Part shown: positions 51,098-61,551 of the stretch, in pieces | Position numbering within the stretch: the stretch's first letter is position 1 | Layout: every line of letters begins with the position of its first letter | Source: Roseibacillus sp. | GTDB taxonomy: Bacteria; Verrucomicrobiota; Verrucomicrobiia; Verrucomicrobiales; Akkermansiaceae | Reading direction: 5' to 3' | Length of the DNA stretch: 64,000 bases | Assembly: GCA_051251855.1 (NCBI GenBank) | Contig: JBPOGI010000002.1 | Span: 480,001-544,000, forward strand | The notes under the pieces: generated by a model | The model's input: only the letters and a program-made list of their open reading frames with translations | Databases searched by the model: none | Told to the model about the DNA's origin: nothing | Made by a program: the position numbers and the translations under genes

Positions 51098-52530
51098 AGC
51101 AAGAATTGAAAAACGAAGAGTTGTTGCAGTCTCTCTTCGATGGGAGCTGCAGTGAAGCCGAGGTGAAGGAAGCGCAAGAGTTGCTTCGTTCGGATAAGAA
51201 GTGGCGGAAAATTTATTTGGAGTATAGCCGTTTGCATCATTCGCTTTGTGAGCGTTATGAAGGAGGGGAAGAGAAGGTGGTTGTGGGCGAATTCTCCGAG
51301 TCATCGGGATGGGACTGGAAGCGGTTCGCGATGATTGCAGCGGCGCTGGTGTTGTTGGGAGTGTTGGTAGTGTTTTTGATGAGGCCAGATGAGGGGGAGT
51401 CCACTTTGGTGGAATATGGCCCCGAATCGCGTGGCGTGATTACTCATGGCAATGGTTCGACGGAGAAGGAGACCCTGTTTGCGGGGTCGACTTTGAAGTT
51501 GGATCGTGGTGCGGTTTCGTTGATTTTTCCCACGGGGGTTTCAGCGTTGATTGAGGGGCCTGCGTTGTTGGAGATGCGGGGGGAGAACGCGCTTCATATG
51601 AAGAAAGGGCGAGGCTTCTTTAAGGTGCCGGAGGGGGCTGAAGGTTTTACTTGTACGACCGAGACCTTGGAGGTCGTCGATATGGGGACGGAGTTTGGAA
51701 TTGTAGCGGGCCGGGAAGATGAGGTTCATGTCATTAGCGGGAAGGTTCGTCTTCGTCCCAAGGATGGCTCGAGTGATTTTCAGACGTTCGATATTGGGCA
51801 AAGTCTGGCTTGGAGGGATTCAGCACTGGCGCTTTCGGTGCCGCCTCGTGATTTTGCTTCTGACTTTGCGGGAAGGGTGACCATTTTTGCAGATGATTTT
51901 GATGAGCCGGATGGGACGGAGTTAGATGGGAAGCGGCCTGATTTGGGTGATGGTCGTTGGAAGGTAACCGTGGGGAACGCAACGATTGAGAATCAGATTT
52001 TTGATACTGCGGGCGCTTATCGAAAGGCGGCTTATGTTTCTATCCCGCCAGTGTTGAACGAGTTGAGCCACGTGTTGCTTTTGACAATCGAGGCGGAGAC
52101 TTCGGAGTCGGCAATGCATACCCCTGGATGGGCGGGGGTGAGTCTTTATACCGGAGATGAGGAGCGTATTTTTGTGGGGGATCCGAATGGTCAGGGGATT
52201 AGTTGGGGGCTTCATCCCGCGGGATGGCAGGCGCAGAATGCGTGTCCCGACCTGTCGGGGGCGACCATTGTGACCTTGCGTTATGATTATCGAACGGGGT
52301 TGACGGAGCTTTTTGAAGGGGAATCGACGACAGGAGAAGCGCTGGCGTCGGAGTGGATTGCGCCTTATTTGGTTTTTGACCGCTTGCGCATTGCGAATGG
52401 AAGTCAGTTGGATGCGGCGCTCGATGCGGGGCTGGAGTCGGAGGCTCTTGATAGGACGCAGAAGGTGGATGTGCGCAGTGATATTGCGATCCGCAGTTTG
52501 CGGCTGGATGTTCTTAATTCGGAATCGTAG
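51094..52530 (+). CDS. FecR-domain anti-sigma factor
   Basis: LFDG N-terminus, TM, FPTGV..LIEGPA, VPEGAEGF, VVDMGTEFG, VHVISGKV; GTGA overlap with the sigma stop. Confidence 0.88.
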   Translation: MKQELKNEELLQSLFDGSCSEAEVKEAQELLRSDKKWRKIYLEYSRLHHSLCERYEGGEEKVVVGEFSESSGWDWKRFAMIAAALVLLGVLVVFLMRPDEGESTLVEYGPESRGVITHGNGSTEKETLFAGSTLKLDRGAVSLIFPTGVSALIEGPALLEMRGENALHMKKGRGFFKVPEGAEGFTCTTETLEVVDMGTEFGIVAGREDEVHVISGKVRLRPKDGSSDFQTFDIGQSLAWRDSALALSVPPRDFASDFAGRVTIFADDFDEPDGTELDGKRPDLGDGRWKVTVGNATIENQIFDTAGAYRKAAYVSIPPVLNELSHVLLLTIEAETSESAMHTPGWAGVSLYTGDEERIFVGDPNGQGISWGLHPAGWQAQNACPDLSGATIVTLRYDYRTGLTELFEGESTTGEALASEWIAPYLVFDRLRIANGSQLDAALDAGLESEALDRTQKVDVRSDIAIRSLRLDVLNSES

Positions 52531-53867
52531 TGGTGAAGCGAGTGAGGGTTGTCTTGTTGCTCGCTTTGGGAGTTCATTTGGTGCTCTTTGGGAGGGTGCT
52601 TGCTCAGCCGCCAGTTATTGCTCAGCTCTTTGACTGGAGTTTTGCCGAAATCTCGGAGGTGCTTCCAGAGTTGGAGGCGGTGGGCTATTCGCACGTTCAT
52701 GTTTCGCCGGTGCAAAAGAGCGTGGAGAATGGGCGCTGGTGGGGGAAGTATCAGCCGCTGGATTTTCGTGAGATTGAGGGTCCGCTTGGAAGTCGTGAGG
52801 AGTTGGTCGCATTGGCTGCGAAGGCGCGGGAGCATGGTATTACCTTGGTGGTGGATGTGGTGTTGAATCATATGGCGGGTTCTCCCCATGTGACGGTGAC
52901 GCGCGGGCGCTTGGTGGAGGCAGACTTTGCTGATTTTTCGAAGGAAGATTTTCATCCCTTTGCTCCGATTCATGATTGGAGTGATGAGAGGCAGGTGCGC
53001 AACCGTTGGCTGTTTGGGGCTTTGCCTGATCTGAAAACGGAGTCGGAGTCGGTGCGGAAGAAGTTGACCGCGCATTTGTTAGATTTGCAGAGCTGTGGGG
53101 TGGGTGGCTTTCGGGTGGACTCGGCGCGGCATATTCCGCCGGAGGATTTGAAGGCGATTTTCGCGGAAGTGGAGGAGCCCGGGCTGGTGGTGGGTGAGAT
53201 AGCGGAATGTTCTTTGCCGGTGTTCGAGCCTTACCTAGAAGAGTTGCCCGAGATGGCGTTCTTTGATTTTCCGCAGTTGGCCCAAGTAGCGGCCTGCCTG
53301 AGGGGAGAGGGGCCGATGAGTGACTTGTTGGAGGAGGGTGAAATTGGGCGAGAGTTGCCTCCTTCGGCTTCGGTGAGACTTTTGAGAAATCACGATTTGG
53401 ATCGTGGGGAAGCCAAGCGTGGTGAGGGAATTGATGATGCGAGGTATCGTGTTCCTGATGATGGTTGGCAGATTGGATATGTCGCTTTGTTTGGGGTGGG
53501 TCAGGGGATTCCGTATGTTTTCGTGGATCAGGTGAAGGCAAAGAAGCTTGTGGGCGAAGAACATGCCTTTGACCGTGAAGGTTTGGGGGAGGGGATAGCG
53601 TTCTTTCGCCGCCATTTTGGAGAGGAGACGCGGGCCTTTTGGTCAACCAAAGAAGTTTTGGCTTGGACGATTGGTGATGCGGCCGTTGTGGTTTTGAGTC
53701 GTGGGGGTAAGGTGAAGGTTGAGTCCTTCGCGTTGCCAAGATTGCAGGAGGGCGTCTATCGCGATGTCTTCTCGAGTGAAGAAGTGCGGGTCGTTGAAGG
53801 CGGCGTGCTCACCTTGCCGCCTTTGGATTCGATGCGAGGTTACGCTTTCGAGCTTATTGATTCGTAG
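52530..53867 (+). CDS. GH13 alpha-amylase family protein
   Basis: Signal peptide; VSPVQ, WWGKYQPLD, VDVVLNHM, LPDL, GFRVDSARH, GEI, RNHD. Confidence 0.9.
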   Translation: MVKRVRVVLLLALGVHLVLFGRVLAQPPVIAQLFDWSFAEISEVLPELEAVGYSHVHVSPVQKSVENGRWWGKYQPLDFREIEGPLGSREELVALAAKAREHGITLVVDVVLNHMAGSPHVTVTRGRLVEADFADFSKEDFHPFAPIHDWSDERQVRNRWLFGALPDLKTESESVRKKLTAHLLDLQSCGVGGFRVDSARHIPPEDLKAIFAEVEEPGLVVGEIAECSLPVFEPYLEELPEMAFFDFPQLAQVAACLRGEGPMSDLLEEGEIGRELPPSASVRLLRNHDLDRGEAKRGEGIDDARYRVPDDGWQIGYVALFGVGQGIPYVFVDQVKAKKLVGEEHAFDREGLGEGIAFFRRHFGEETRAFWSTKEVLAWTIGDAAVVVLSRGGKVKVESFALPRLQEGVYRDVFSSEEVRVVEGGVLTLPPLDSMRGYAFELIDS

Positions 53868-54319
53868 CGAATCACTGAGAAGTCGTTTTCTTCGAGTAGA
53901 ACCTCCGATTGTTGGAAGAGATGTTCGTATTCGGGAAAGTAGGTGTCGCCTTCGTAAGCAGTTTTCACTTTGGTGACGAGGAGTTCATCGAGAAGAGGGA
54001 GAAACTGAAGGTAGATTTCGGCGCCACCGATGATGTAAACGGGGTCGGGCTGTTCGATTTCTAGATCGCGCAGTTCTTGGGGGGCATGAATGACGGTGAC
54101 TCCATCGGCCTGCCACGATGAATCGCGGGTGAGGACAATGTTTTGTCGTTTTGGTAGCGCGCGTCCAATGGACTCGAAGGTCTTGCGACCCATCACGATG
54201 GGGTGGCCGCTGGTGGTCTTTTTGAAGAAAGCGAGGTCTGCGGGGAGATGCCAAGGGAGGTCGCCGCCCGCACCGATGAGTCGGTTGGGGTCGTGGGCGA
54301 CGATTGCGGTCAAATGCAT
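53840..54319 (-). CDS. folA: Dihydrofolate reductase
   Basis: IVA...NRLIG..GDLPWHLPADL.FFK, VMGRKTFESIG, LP.R.NIVLTR, IIGGAEIY, EGDTYFP. Confidence 0.96.
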   Translation of the reverse strand: MHLTAIVAHDPNRLIGAGGDLPWHLPADLAFFKKTTSGHPIVMGRKTFESIGRALPKRQNIVLTRDSSWQADGVTVIHAPQELRDLEIEQPDPVYIIGGAEIYLQFLPLLDELLVTKVKTAYEGDTYFPEYEHLFQQSEVLLEENDFSVIRYESISSKA

Positions 54320-54409
54320 GGGCTATTCATGACGACAATGTGTCTTTTGAGCACGAAATTTCTGAGTTTTGAATTGGAGCGCTGTGGCTGAGTTGCGAGC
54401 CTCCTCTTT

Positions 54410-54733
54410 GTGACGGAGTTAGAGGGACGAAAGCCGAAGGCGGGGACGCGCAAATACAACGTGTGTTTGGCTGTCTGTGTGGTCTTCGGGATTGCCGCTG
54501 CCGCGAGGGAGCTCTTTGGGGAATCACTGGCTCTCTCGGTGATGGCTTTATTCTATGGAGCAGTGGTGGGTGCTGTTACCTACGTCTTTAGTCTTTGCGT
54601 GATGGTCTTGTTGGGAGGGACTTTGCGCGGACAGTTCGGGAAACAGGTCTCGAATGGCCTTTGCTGGATTCTCTTGGTCGCTACTCCACCCTTGGCTTGG
54701 CTGGTGGCGAGCGTGACTTCGGCCAGATTCTAG
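54410..54733 (+). CDS. Small hypothetical membrane protein between thyA and folA
   Basis: Three hydrophobic segments; fills the thyA-folA gap on the opposite strand; start uncertain. Confidence 0.5.
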   Translation: MTELEGRKPKAGTRKYNVCLAVCVVFGIAAAARELFGESLALSVMALFYGAVVGAVTYVFSLCVMVLLGGTLRGQFGKQVSNGLCWILLVATPPLAWLVASVTSARF

Positions 54734-55539
54734 ACTGCTACCGGAGCCTTGATGTGAGGGTGAGGATCGTAGTCGGTGAGCGTGAAGTCCTCGAAAGTGA
54801 AGGCGTCAATGTCGGTGACGGCAGGATTGAGGGCCATCGTTGGCAGGGGACGAGGCTCGCGGGAGAGCTGTAACTTGGCCTGCTCCAAATGATTTGAGTA
54901 GAGGTGGAGGTCGCCAAAGGTGTGCACGAATTCGCGCGCTTCGTAGCCGCAAACTTGAGCGACCATTTGAGTGAGCAGAGCGTAGGAAGCTATATTGAAA
55001 GGAACGCCTAAAAATAAGTCTGCGGAACGTTGGTAGAGTTGGCAGGACAGGCCCGGTTTTTCGCTGCCGATATCGTGGACGTAGAACTGGAAGAGGAGAT
55101 GGCAGGGAGGAAGGGCCATTTCGTCGACGAGACCGACGTTCCAAGCGGAGACGAGGTGACGCCGGGAGTGAGGGTTGTTTTTGAGCTGATCAATTAAGCG
55201 GGTGACTTGATCGACTTTGCTGCCGTCGGGCTTCGGCCAAGAGCGCCATTGTTGGCCATAGACGGGGCCGAGGTCGCCGTTTTCGTCGGCCCATTCGTCC
55301 CAGATTTTGACTCCGTTTTCCTTGAGGTAGGAGATGTTGGTGTCTCCTTTGAGAAACCAGAGAAGCTCGTGAATGATGGAGCGGAGATGGAGCTTCTTAG
55401 TCGTGACACAGGGAAACCCCTCTCGCAGATCGTAGCGTGTTTGATGGCCAAAAACGGACAGGGTGCCTGTACCCGTCCGGTCGGTGCGGGATTCGCCGTG
55501 ATCGAGGACGTGCTGCAAGAGGTCAAGGTAAGGACGCAT
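54730..55539 (-). CDS. thyA: Thymidylate synthase
   Basis: [56 protein letters not shown]. Confidence 0.98.
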   Translation of the reverse strand: MRPYLDLLQHVLDHGESRTDRTGTGTLSVFGHQTRYDLREGFPCVTTKKLHLRSIIHELLWFLKGDTNISYLKENGVKIWDEWADENGDLGPVYGQQWRSWPKPDGSKVDQVTRLIDQLKNNPHSRRHLVSAWNVGLVDEMALPPCHLLFQFYVHDIGSEKPGLSCQLYQRSADLFLGVPFNIASYALLTQMVAQVCGYEAREFVHTFGDLHLYSNHLEQAKLQLSREPRPLPTMALNPAVTDIDAFTFEDFTLTDYDPHPHIKAPVAV

Positions 55540-55662
55540 GATGAAACTTGGTTGAGCCTAGAAATTGGAGAGGGGGAGTCGAGACGAGAGTTGTCATGCT
55601 TTGTCTTGGGGTGGACTCGGTGTCAACTTTCCCCTAGGGTCTCGCCCGAGGGAATTAGTTCG

Positions 55663-56574
55663 ATGAACAAAAAGCCCTTAGAGTCCCCACGAATCATGGA
55701 AGAATCGGAAAATAGAAGACCAAAGAAGAAGTTAGTCACTTTGTTGATGGAGATTGTGGTTTTGCTCTGTGTAGTAGCGATTTCGGGGGTTTTGGGATGG
55801 TTTATTGGCCGAGGGGAAGTGAAAAATCTGCGAGCGGTAACCCACCAGCTTGAACAGGAGCGCCGGACGGCTGCAGAGTTGAGGCAAGAACGAGCTGAGC
55901 TGCGGGAAGACATGCGGGTTTTGAAAGAAGGGGGCGTTGAAAAACAAGAGACAGATGTCGACCGTCTTATTGCTCGCAAGGAACTGGAGTGGAACCGTCG
56001 CTTAAATCAGATTCGCATTGAGGCCGAAGTTGAGAAGGTGAAGCGGGTTGAAGAATTGGAACGCGAGGTTCGTTTGCTGAAAATGGATGAGCGCATGAAA
56101 GAGCAGATGGCTCAAGGAGATGACTCGGAGGTTCCTGACGGCCTTGCGCAAGGACTCACGCCGAGAGCACGCCAAGTTTGTGCCGAAATGCTGGAGTGGG
56201 AGGGGTTGGAGTCCGATGCGTTGACAGCAGCGAGAGAAAAGCTTTCAAGGGAATTGGGTGCGCGCTCGTTGGTTCGTGTGAAATTTGGGAGCGGTAGTGC
56301 TCATGTGGGAAGCGATGATTTAGATGCTCTCAAGATTGCGGTAGCCGACACGAAGGACTACGCGCTTCTTTTGGCCGTTGGTTTTGCCGATACAGGAGGA
56401 GATGAAGAGTTGAATCGCGAGCTGGGGAGTCTCCGTGCGCGCAACACGGCAGACTCTCTACAAGGTCTGATTCGTCGAGGACAATTGGTCGAGTCGGTCT
56501 ATCTCGGCGAAACAGCTCGCTTCGGAGCCAAAGCCGAGAATCGAGCGGTCGAGATTTGGGAGCTTGAGCGGTAA
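55663..56574 (+). CDS. Membrane-anchored coiled-coil protein with OmpA-like C-terminal domain
   Basis: TM segment, long E/R/K-rich coiled coil, then F.SGS, VGFADTGG...N..L...RA, GE, NRAVEI. The ORF-track upstream extension is antisense to thyA. Confidence 0.8.
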   Translation: MNKKPLESPRIMEESENRRPKKKLVTLLMEIVVLLCVVAISGVLGWFIGRGEVKNLRAVTHQLEQERRTAAELRQERAELREDMRVLKEGGVEKQETDVDRLIARKELEWNRRLNQIRIEAEVEKVKRVEELEREVRLLKMDERMKEQMAQGDDSEVPDGLAQGLTPRARQVCAEMLEWEGLESDALTAAREKLSRELGARSLVRVKFGSGSAHVGSDDLDALKIAVADTKDYALLLAVGFADTGGDEELNRELGSLRARNTADSLQGLIRRGQLVESVYLGETARFGAKAENRAVEIWELER

Positions 56575-56624
56575 GGTGAGAGAAGGCCTTGTTTCACAAG
56601 GCGCTCTCTAACCACGTCCCTGTG

Positions 56625-58307
56625 CTAAGGATTCTCAACTTCGAATTCATAGATTCCCGACTGGACGAGGATATCCTTACGTCCGTTCAGGTCCTGCATA
56701 AATTGGCAGCCAGCTGCGTCATCCAGAGACTTTCCTCCTTCGGTTACCACTGCTTTTTCGTCGCCGGGGAGTGAAATCACCCCAGTGGTGTTCGGTGGGA
56801 TCGTAACTTTCGCGTTGAGACCCTTCTCGGTAGTCTTCCAATGAATTGCGAGTTGACCGTATGGAGTTTCGTGGTGGGCCTTCACTTCGGTGATGGAGCC
56901 GTCTTTAGGAATGAATGGTGAGATGCGGCTCGTCTTAAATCCGGGGGCTTGATTGATGAATCCCGCTAAAAAGCTCATCATCCACTCCGAGGTGCATGCG
57001 AGCGCTACCTCGGAAGGTCCTGCGCCTTCTTTACCAAAGCTCTTTGCTAGCTCCACTGCCTGTTCGTGGTGGTCAGTCCAACTGAGAACGGGGAGGACAG
57101 CAGAGGTTCCGTAGATTCCAGCTTTCAATCCTTCTTTTTTAAGTCGTTCGGCCAGTTTATCCGCAATGGGCTGTTTCGCTTCTGGGGGAAGTAGACCAAA
57201 ACGTAGGGCTAAAATTTGTGCTGTTTGTGATTTTTCCGTCAAATTGCCATCCTGATCAAGAAAGCTCTTTTGGAATCCTCTCGCTGTCCGGCCATACCAT
57301 TCTTTGTGCTGGATGATGTAGGGCAGATGGCCAATTGCGGTGGCCATTTCTGAGAGTATTCTGCAATCGAGGGCGAAGAAGCAGAGGGAAAGAAATTCGG
57401 GAGAAGTGGGGTCGTCCAAATGTCCGAAATCACCTCGGTCTTTACCAAATGTCTTTCCTGAAAAGTCGGGGTCGTTTCGTTGAATCGCTCCTACGTGGTC
57501 CACTGCTGCTTGAAAGACATTTTCTACAAGGGATATGTCTCCATCCAATTGCCAAAGTGCAAAAGGAATCACTATCGCGGCATCGGAGTGACCGGAGGCA
57601 GGCTCGGCAAATTCAGGATCCCCAGCAATGGTCGGGAAGGTCTTGTCTTCGTTTGCTGCAGCAACGAACTCTTTGACCCAAGGATTGTAGTATTCATTCA
57701 GTTTCGCTTGGAATGCATAGCCTCTGGCTGTCAGTTGCAGTGGTGCTGCAGCGGGCAGTTCTTCGGGCTCGAAGGAGGGTGGGGTGGTGAGGTTCTTCTT
57801 TTGATTGGTTACAGTGGCTTTAAAGAGTGCGTTCAGTACGGGATCAGAGGAGGAAAAGTTACCGATAGGCTGTGTGACTTTTTTCGCCTCACCCTCAGCG
57901 CCTCTTGGCTCTTTTGATATTGAGAACGGGGCGGGAGCACTCCAATTCCCGAGCTTACCTTCGATATTAGAGAGTCGAACTTTCCAATAGTAGGTTTGCT
58001 CACTCTTGAGCTCAGGACCGCTGTATTCAACAAGGTGCGATTGAGGAGAGTCGGTCTGCTTCGAATCCCAAATCAAATCTCCGTCGGACTTGATGGCCTC
58101 GGCGTCTTTTCCCAAAAGGATGTGGTAACTCTTCTGCAATTGGCCGCGACCCTCGCTTTGGACCTTCCAAGAAAATTGAAGTGAGGGTTTCTCATCTTGC
58201 CATCGGACTTGAGATGAAACAGAAGCAATGTTCATTTCACCGATTTTTTGTCCGTGGACCGTGGAGATGAAGGTGAGAATGAGGAGGAGAAGCTTAGGTC
58301 GATTCAT
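56625..58307 (-). CDS. Alpha-L-rhamnosidase (GH78)-like protein with degenerate catalytic motifs
   Basis: N-terminal FSW...Q.SY.I...WDS...Y.G..L...YYWKVR; SSDPVLN.L; SQTAQILAL.FGL; PGFK...I.P; TPYG.L...W; VTIPPNTTG; SG.YEF. Confidence 0.75.
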   Translation of the reverse strand: MNRPKLLLLILTFISTVHGQKIGEMNIASVSSQVRWQDEKPSLQFSWKVQSEGRGQLQKSYHILLGKDAEAIKSDGDLIWDSKQTDSPQSHLVEYSGPELKSEQTYYWKVRLSNIEGKLGNWSAPAPFSISKEPRGAEGEAKKVTQPIGNFSSSDPVLNALFKATVTNQKKNLTTPPSFEPEELPAAAPLQLTARGYAFQAKLNEYYNPWVKEFVAAANEDKTFPTIAGDPEFAEPASGHSDAAIVIPFALWQLDGDISLVENVFQAAVDHVGAIQRNDPDFSGKTFGKDRGDFGHLDDPTSPEFLSLCFFALDCRILSEMATAIGHLPYIIQHKEWYGRTARGFQKSFLDQDGNLTEKSQTAQILALRFGLLPPEAKQPIADKLAERLKKEGLKAGIYGTSAVLPVLSWTDHHEQAVELAKSFGKEGAGPSEVALACTSEWMMSFLAGFINQAPGFKTSRISPFIPKDGSITEVKAHHETPYGQLAIHWKTTEKGLNAKVTIPPNTTGVISLPGDEKAVVTEGGKSLDDAAGCQFMQDLNGRKDILVQSGIYEFEVENP

Positions 58308-58514
58308 TGATGCCTTGTGTTCGCTTTTGAAAGTCGATTCGTCAAGTCGCTACCGAGCTCGAGAACAAGATTTGAAAGCGAGGCTTTGTTGTCAGAGTCT
58401 GAGTTCTTCTCAGCCAGAGATCTTTATCAACTAGATGATAATCAATCGCGGTGTTCTTTTTTGTAACGAAAGATTAAATTCGCAAAGAGCTGTGACTTCG
58501 TTCACTACAACCTT

Positions 58515-59594
58515 ATGTCGAAATACTCTATATCTCTTCTAAAGAAACTCACCGAGGCCCACTCAGTTTCTGGATTCGAAGACGAAGTGCGCGTAATTTT
58601 TAAGGATGAACTCTCGCCTCACGGCGCAATAGGCTACGATCGTTTAGGCTCCATCTATTGCCGTGCGTCTCAGTCTCAAGAAGGGCCTCGTATTCTTGTC
58701 GCAGGCCATATGGATGAGGTGGGTTTCAGGGTGCAGGCCATCAATCCGGCAGGGTTTCTCACCTTTGTGCCAGTCGGTGGGTGGTGGGGTCATAATCTCT
58801 TGGCTCAACGCGTGGAGATTAAGACTAGGTCGGGTCGTAAAATAACGGGAGTCGTTGCGTCTAAACCACCTCACTTCTTGACTCAGGCCGAGCGTGCGAA
58901 GGTGCAGGAACTTGATGCTATGTTTATAGATCTGGCTGCTGACTCGGCCGAGGAAGTAAGCGAGTGGGGGATTCGGGTCGGAGATCCTGTGGCTCCCGTT
59001 AGTATGTTTCAAGAGACCGCTCACCCAGAGCGCTTTTTAGCCAAGGCTTTTGATAATCGCATTGGAATGGCTGGCGCCATTGAAGTTGGAGGTGAGCTAT
59101 TGGGCTCGCACCCGAATCTTTTCGTTGCTGGAACGGTGCAGGAGGAAGTTGGTCTTCGGGGCTCCCGAACTCTCGCTAACGAAGTTAAACCTGATGTGGC
59201 TATTGTCCTTGAAGGACCGCCAGCCGACGACACACCAGGACAAGACCTTTCTATGAGCCAAGGTATTCTTGGTGGGGGAGTGCAAATTCGGCTACATGAT
59301 CCGAGCGCAATTATGAATCCTCGCTTAGTTGATCTTGCGCTTTCGCTAGCTGAGTCAGAGGGAATCAAGCATCAGGTGACTGTTCGTCGCAGTGGCGGGA
59401 CCGACGCAGGAGGATTTCATCTCTCTAACAACGGAGTGCCCTGCATCGTGCTTGGTGTTCCCGCTCGCTATATTCATTCTCACAACGGAATTATTGAGCT
59501 CAGCGACTATCGGGCAATGGTAAATCTTACTCAAGAATTGGTGAAAGCTCTTACTGTCGATGGAGCCAAGTCACTAATAAACTATTCACATTGA
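58515..59594 (+). CDS. M42 family metallopeptidase
   Basis: SGFE, AGHMDEVGF, VGGWW, KAFDNR.G, TVQEEVGLRG, GGTDAG, RYIHS. Confidence 0.93.
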   Translation: MSKYSISLLKKLTEAHSVSGFEDEVRVIFKDELSPHGAIGYDRLGSIYCRASQSQEGPRILVAGHMDEVGFRVQAINPAGFLTFVPVGGWWGHNLLAQRVEIKTRSGRKITGVVASKPPHFLTQAERAKVQELDAMFIDLAADSAEEVSEWGIRVGDPVAPVSMFQETAHPERFLAKAFDNRIGMAGAIEVGGELLGSHPNLFVAGTVQEEVGLRGSRTLANEVKPDVAIVLEGPPADDTPGQDLSMSQGILGGGVQIRLHDPSAIMNPRLVDLALSLAESEGIKHQVTVRRSGGTDAGGFHLSNNGVPCIVLGVPARYIHSHNGIIELSDYRAMVNLTQELVKALTVDGAKSLINYSH

Positions 59595-59796
59595 GGGCCT
59601 TTAAACGGTGAACTTCCTTTTTAAGCTTTGCTCGGTTATTGGAAAAACGACCGTCATTTTCCCTGAATATGAACTAAAGAAAGGTTAACTATCTGTTAGT
59701 GCGCGCCTTTGCATTCTGTGTAACTATTTTATTTTTAGTGTTTTACGGGATTTTTGAACTCCTGTTGGGAATTCCTTTTTTTCTCGCCTAACACTG

Positions 59797-59835
59797 AAAA
59801 AAAAATTGACCTAGTTGTGCTTCGGTAGCTACAGT
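59797..59835 (+). promoter_or_regulatory. Putative sigma70 promoter with upstream A-tract
   Basis: A9 tract, TTGACC (59806-59811), 18-nt spacer, TACAGT (59830-59835), 80 nt upstream of the ATG at 59916. Confidence 0.4.
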
Positions 59836-59915
59836 GACAGCGGATTGCCTGCGGAATACAAATAAGACCACCCAAGTCCGAAAATCATTTCGGCAAAAAC
59901 TTACGAAAAAACATC

Positions 59916-60905
59916 ATGAAAATGACAACATTAAAATCAGTAGCTATCGTCGCTGGACTTGCGTCCTCCGCGTTTGGCCAGGCAACGTCCCCAGTTGTGG
60001 GATACGAAACCATCTCCCTCCTCAATGATTCTTTCAATCTAGCTGGCGTGAGACTTCACGGCAAAGCTGCTGTTGAGAGCTCATTCACTAGTTCTACCGA
60101 CACAACTTTGGTCGACTCTTCAGCCCCATTTGGTGCTCTTGACGCTGGCACAACGTATGTTGTTGAGTTGGCTGACGGTTCTTTCATTACTGCTCTTGGG
60201 TCAGATTTTTCGGCAGACACTTTGACAGTAGCCGCTGGCGGTTTGACTGGCATGGAGCAAGGTTTCACCCTTCGGACCGCAAGCACGCTTGATTCTGTCT
60301 TTGGCGCCGCCAACACCGCAGGACTTACCTCCTCTACCACAGGTAACCCCGTCGGGACTGATAAAGTTTGGGTCCCCAATGGCACTGGTGGTTTTACTCA
60401 GTATTTCCATGCAGATGTTGCCAATTTCGGCACGGGTTGGGTTGAAGTCGGAACTACCACTTTCGTGGGCGATTCCGTTGTTCTCGAGCCAGGCGTAGGT
60501 TTCTTCATCGTTACCGAAGGAACTGCTTCTCCCGCATCGGTTGTTATCTCAGGTGCTGTGAAAACAAATCCTACGATGTTTAGCGTCAATCAAGAGTTCA
60601 ATTTGTTGTCCAGTGAGTATCCTGCGGGATTGACTCTGGATGAGTCTGGGCTTTCTGCTTTTGTCACTGCCTCTACTACAGGTAACCCTGTCGGAGCAGA
60701 CGCCGTTTGGATTCCCAACGGAACAGGCGGATTCACTCAGTATTTCTTCGCAGATATTCCAAATTTCGGCTCTGGCTGGGCTCAGGTCGGGACCACCACC
60801 TTCGTCGGTGATACCGTAGAGTTGACATCTGGTTTCTATCTCGTAGACACTGATGGTTCGGGTGGAGGTGCAATCAGCGCCCCATCTTTTTACAGCTCCC
60901 TCTAA
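59916..60905 (+). CDS. Secreted protein resembling the verrucomicrobial TIGR02597 family, with an internal duplication
   Basis: Signal peptide, then ATSPVVGYETISL; TLDSVFG; two copies of STTGNPVG.D.VW.PNGTGGFTQYF.AD..NFG.GW..VGTTTFVGD. Confidence 0.65.
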   Translation: MKMTTLKSVAIVAGLASSAFGQATSPVVGYETISLLNDSFNLAGVRLHGKAAVESSFTSSTDTTLVDSSAPFGALDAGTTYVVELADGSFITALGSDFSADTLTVAAGGLTGMEQGFTLRTASTLDSVFGAANTAGLTSSTTGNPVGTDKVWVPNGTGGFTQYFHADVANFGTGWVEVGTTTFVGDSVVLEPGVGFFIVTEGTASPASVVISGAVKTNPTMFSVNQEFNLLSSEYPAGLTLDESGLSAFVTASTTGNPVGADAVWIPNGTGGFTQYFFADIPNFGSGWAQVGTTTFVGDTVELTSGFYLVDTDGSGGGAISAPSFYSSL

Positions 60906-60940
60906 ACTTTGTCTTTTAAGTTCACAATTCTATTAAAAAT

Positions 60941-61525
60941 ATGAAATACACACTATTAACATTGATTGCTTCCGCAGGTTTTGCGTCTGCAGTCTTAAAC
61001 GTTAGCACCAACGGTGCTAATGGAATGTCGATGCTTACCAATGCTGGAACCCCCATCGCTGATGGCACAGGGTTCGCTGCTGTTGGAACATGGGCTGGCG
61101 GTCCAGTTACTGGAATTCTTTCTCCAGCTGAGTTGGCTGCAGGCTTTACTTTGGCTCCTGATGGTCAAGGCGAGTCTATCGTTCCTATTGTAACTGCAGT
61201 TGGTTTCACCAGTTCTGTTGTTGGTACTTTCAATATCCAGAATGTTGACAACGCTGCTGCCGGAACCGGCGGTGTCGTTGACCTCTTGGTATTTGTTGGG
61301 CCTTCGATTGATCTTGCGACCGAGGCATTCATCTACCGTTTAGATGGAACTTCTTTTCCTGAAGGTGCTGCGAACGTCAACATCGCTCAATACGAAGGAA
61401 CAGGTGGAACTGTTATCTACGGCCGAAGCGGTACTCAAGCTGCTTTGACTGTCATTCCTGAGCCTTCATCTGTGCTCCTCGGTGGACTTGCTCTCCTTGG
61501 TGGGCTTGCTCGCCGTCGTCGATAG
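60941..61525 (+). CDS. PEP-CTERM sorting domain protein
   Basis: Signal peptide; ends VIPEPSSVLLGGLALLGGLARRRR. Confidence 0.92.
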   Translation: MKYTLLTLIASAGFASAVLNVSTNGANGMSMLTNAGTPIADGTGFAAVGTWAGGPVTGILSPAELAAGFTLAPDGQGESIVPIVTAVGFTSSVVGTFNIQNVDNAAAGTGGVVDLLVFVGPSIDLATEAFIYRLDGTSFPEGAANVNIAQYEGTGGTVIYGRSGTQAALTVIPEPSSVLLGGLALLGGLARRRR

Positions 61526-61551
61526 TCGATTGTAAGTTTACTACTGATTTT

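Noticed and set aside
55207..55662. N-terminal 152 aa of the OmpA-like ORF
   Set aside because: It overlaps thyA antisense and is unlikely to be translated; the start is better placed at 55663.
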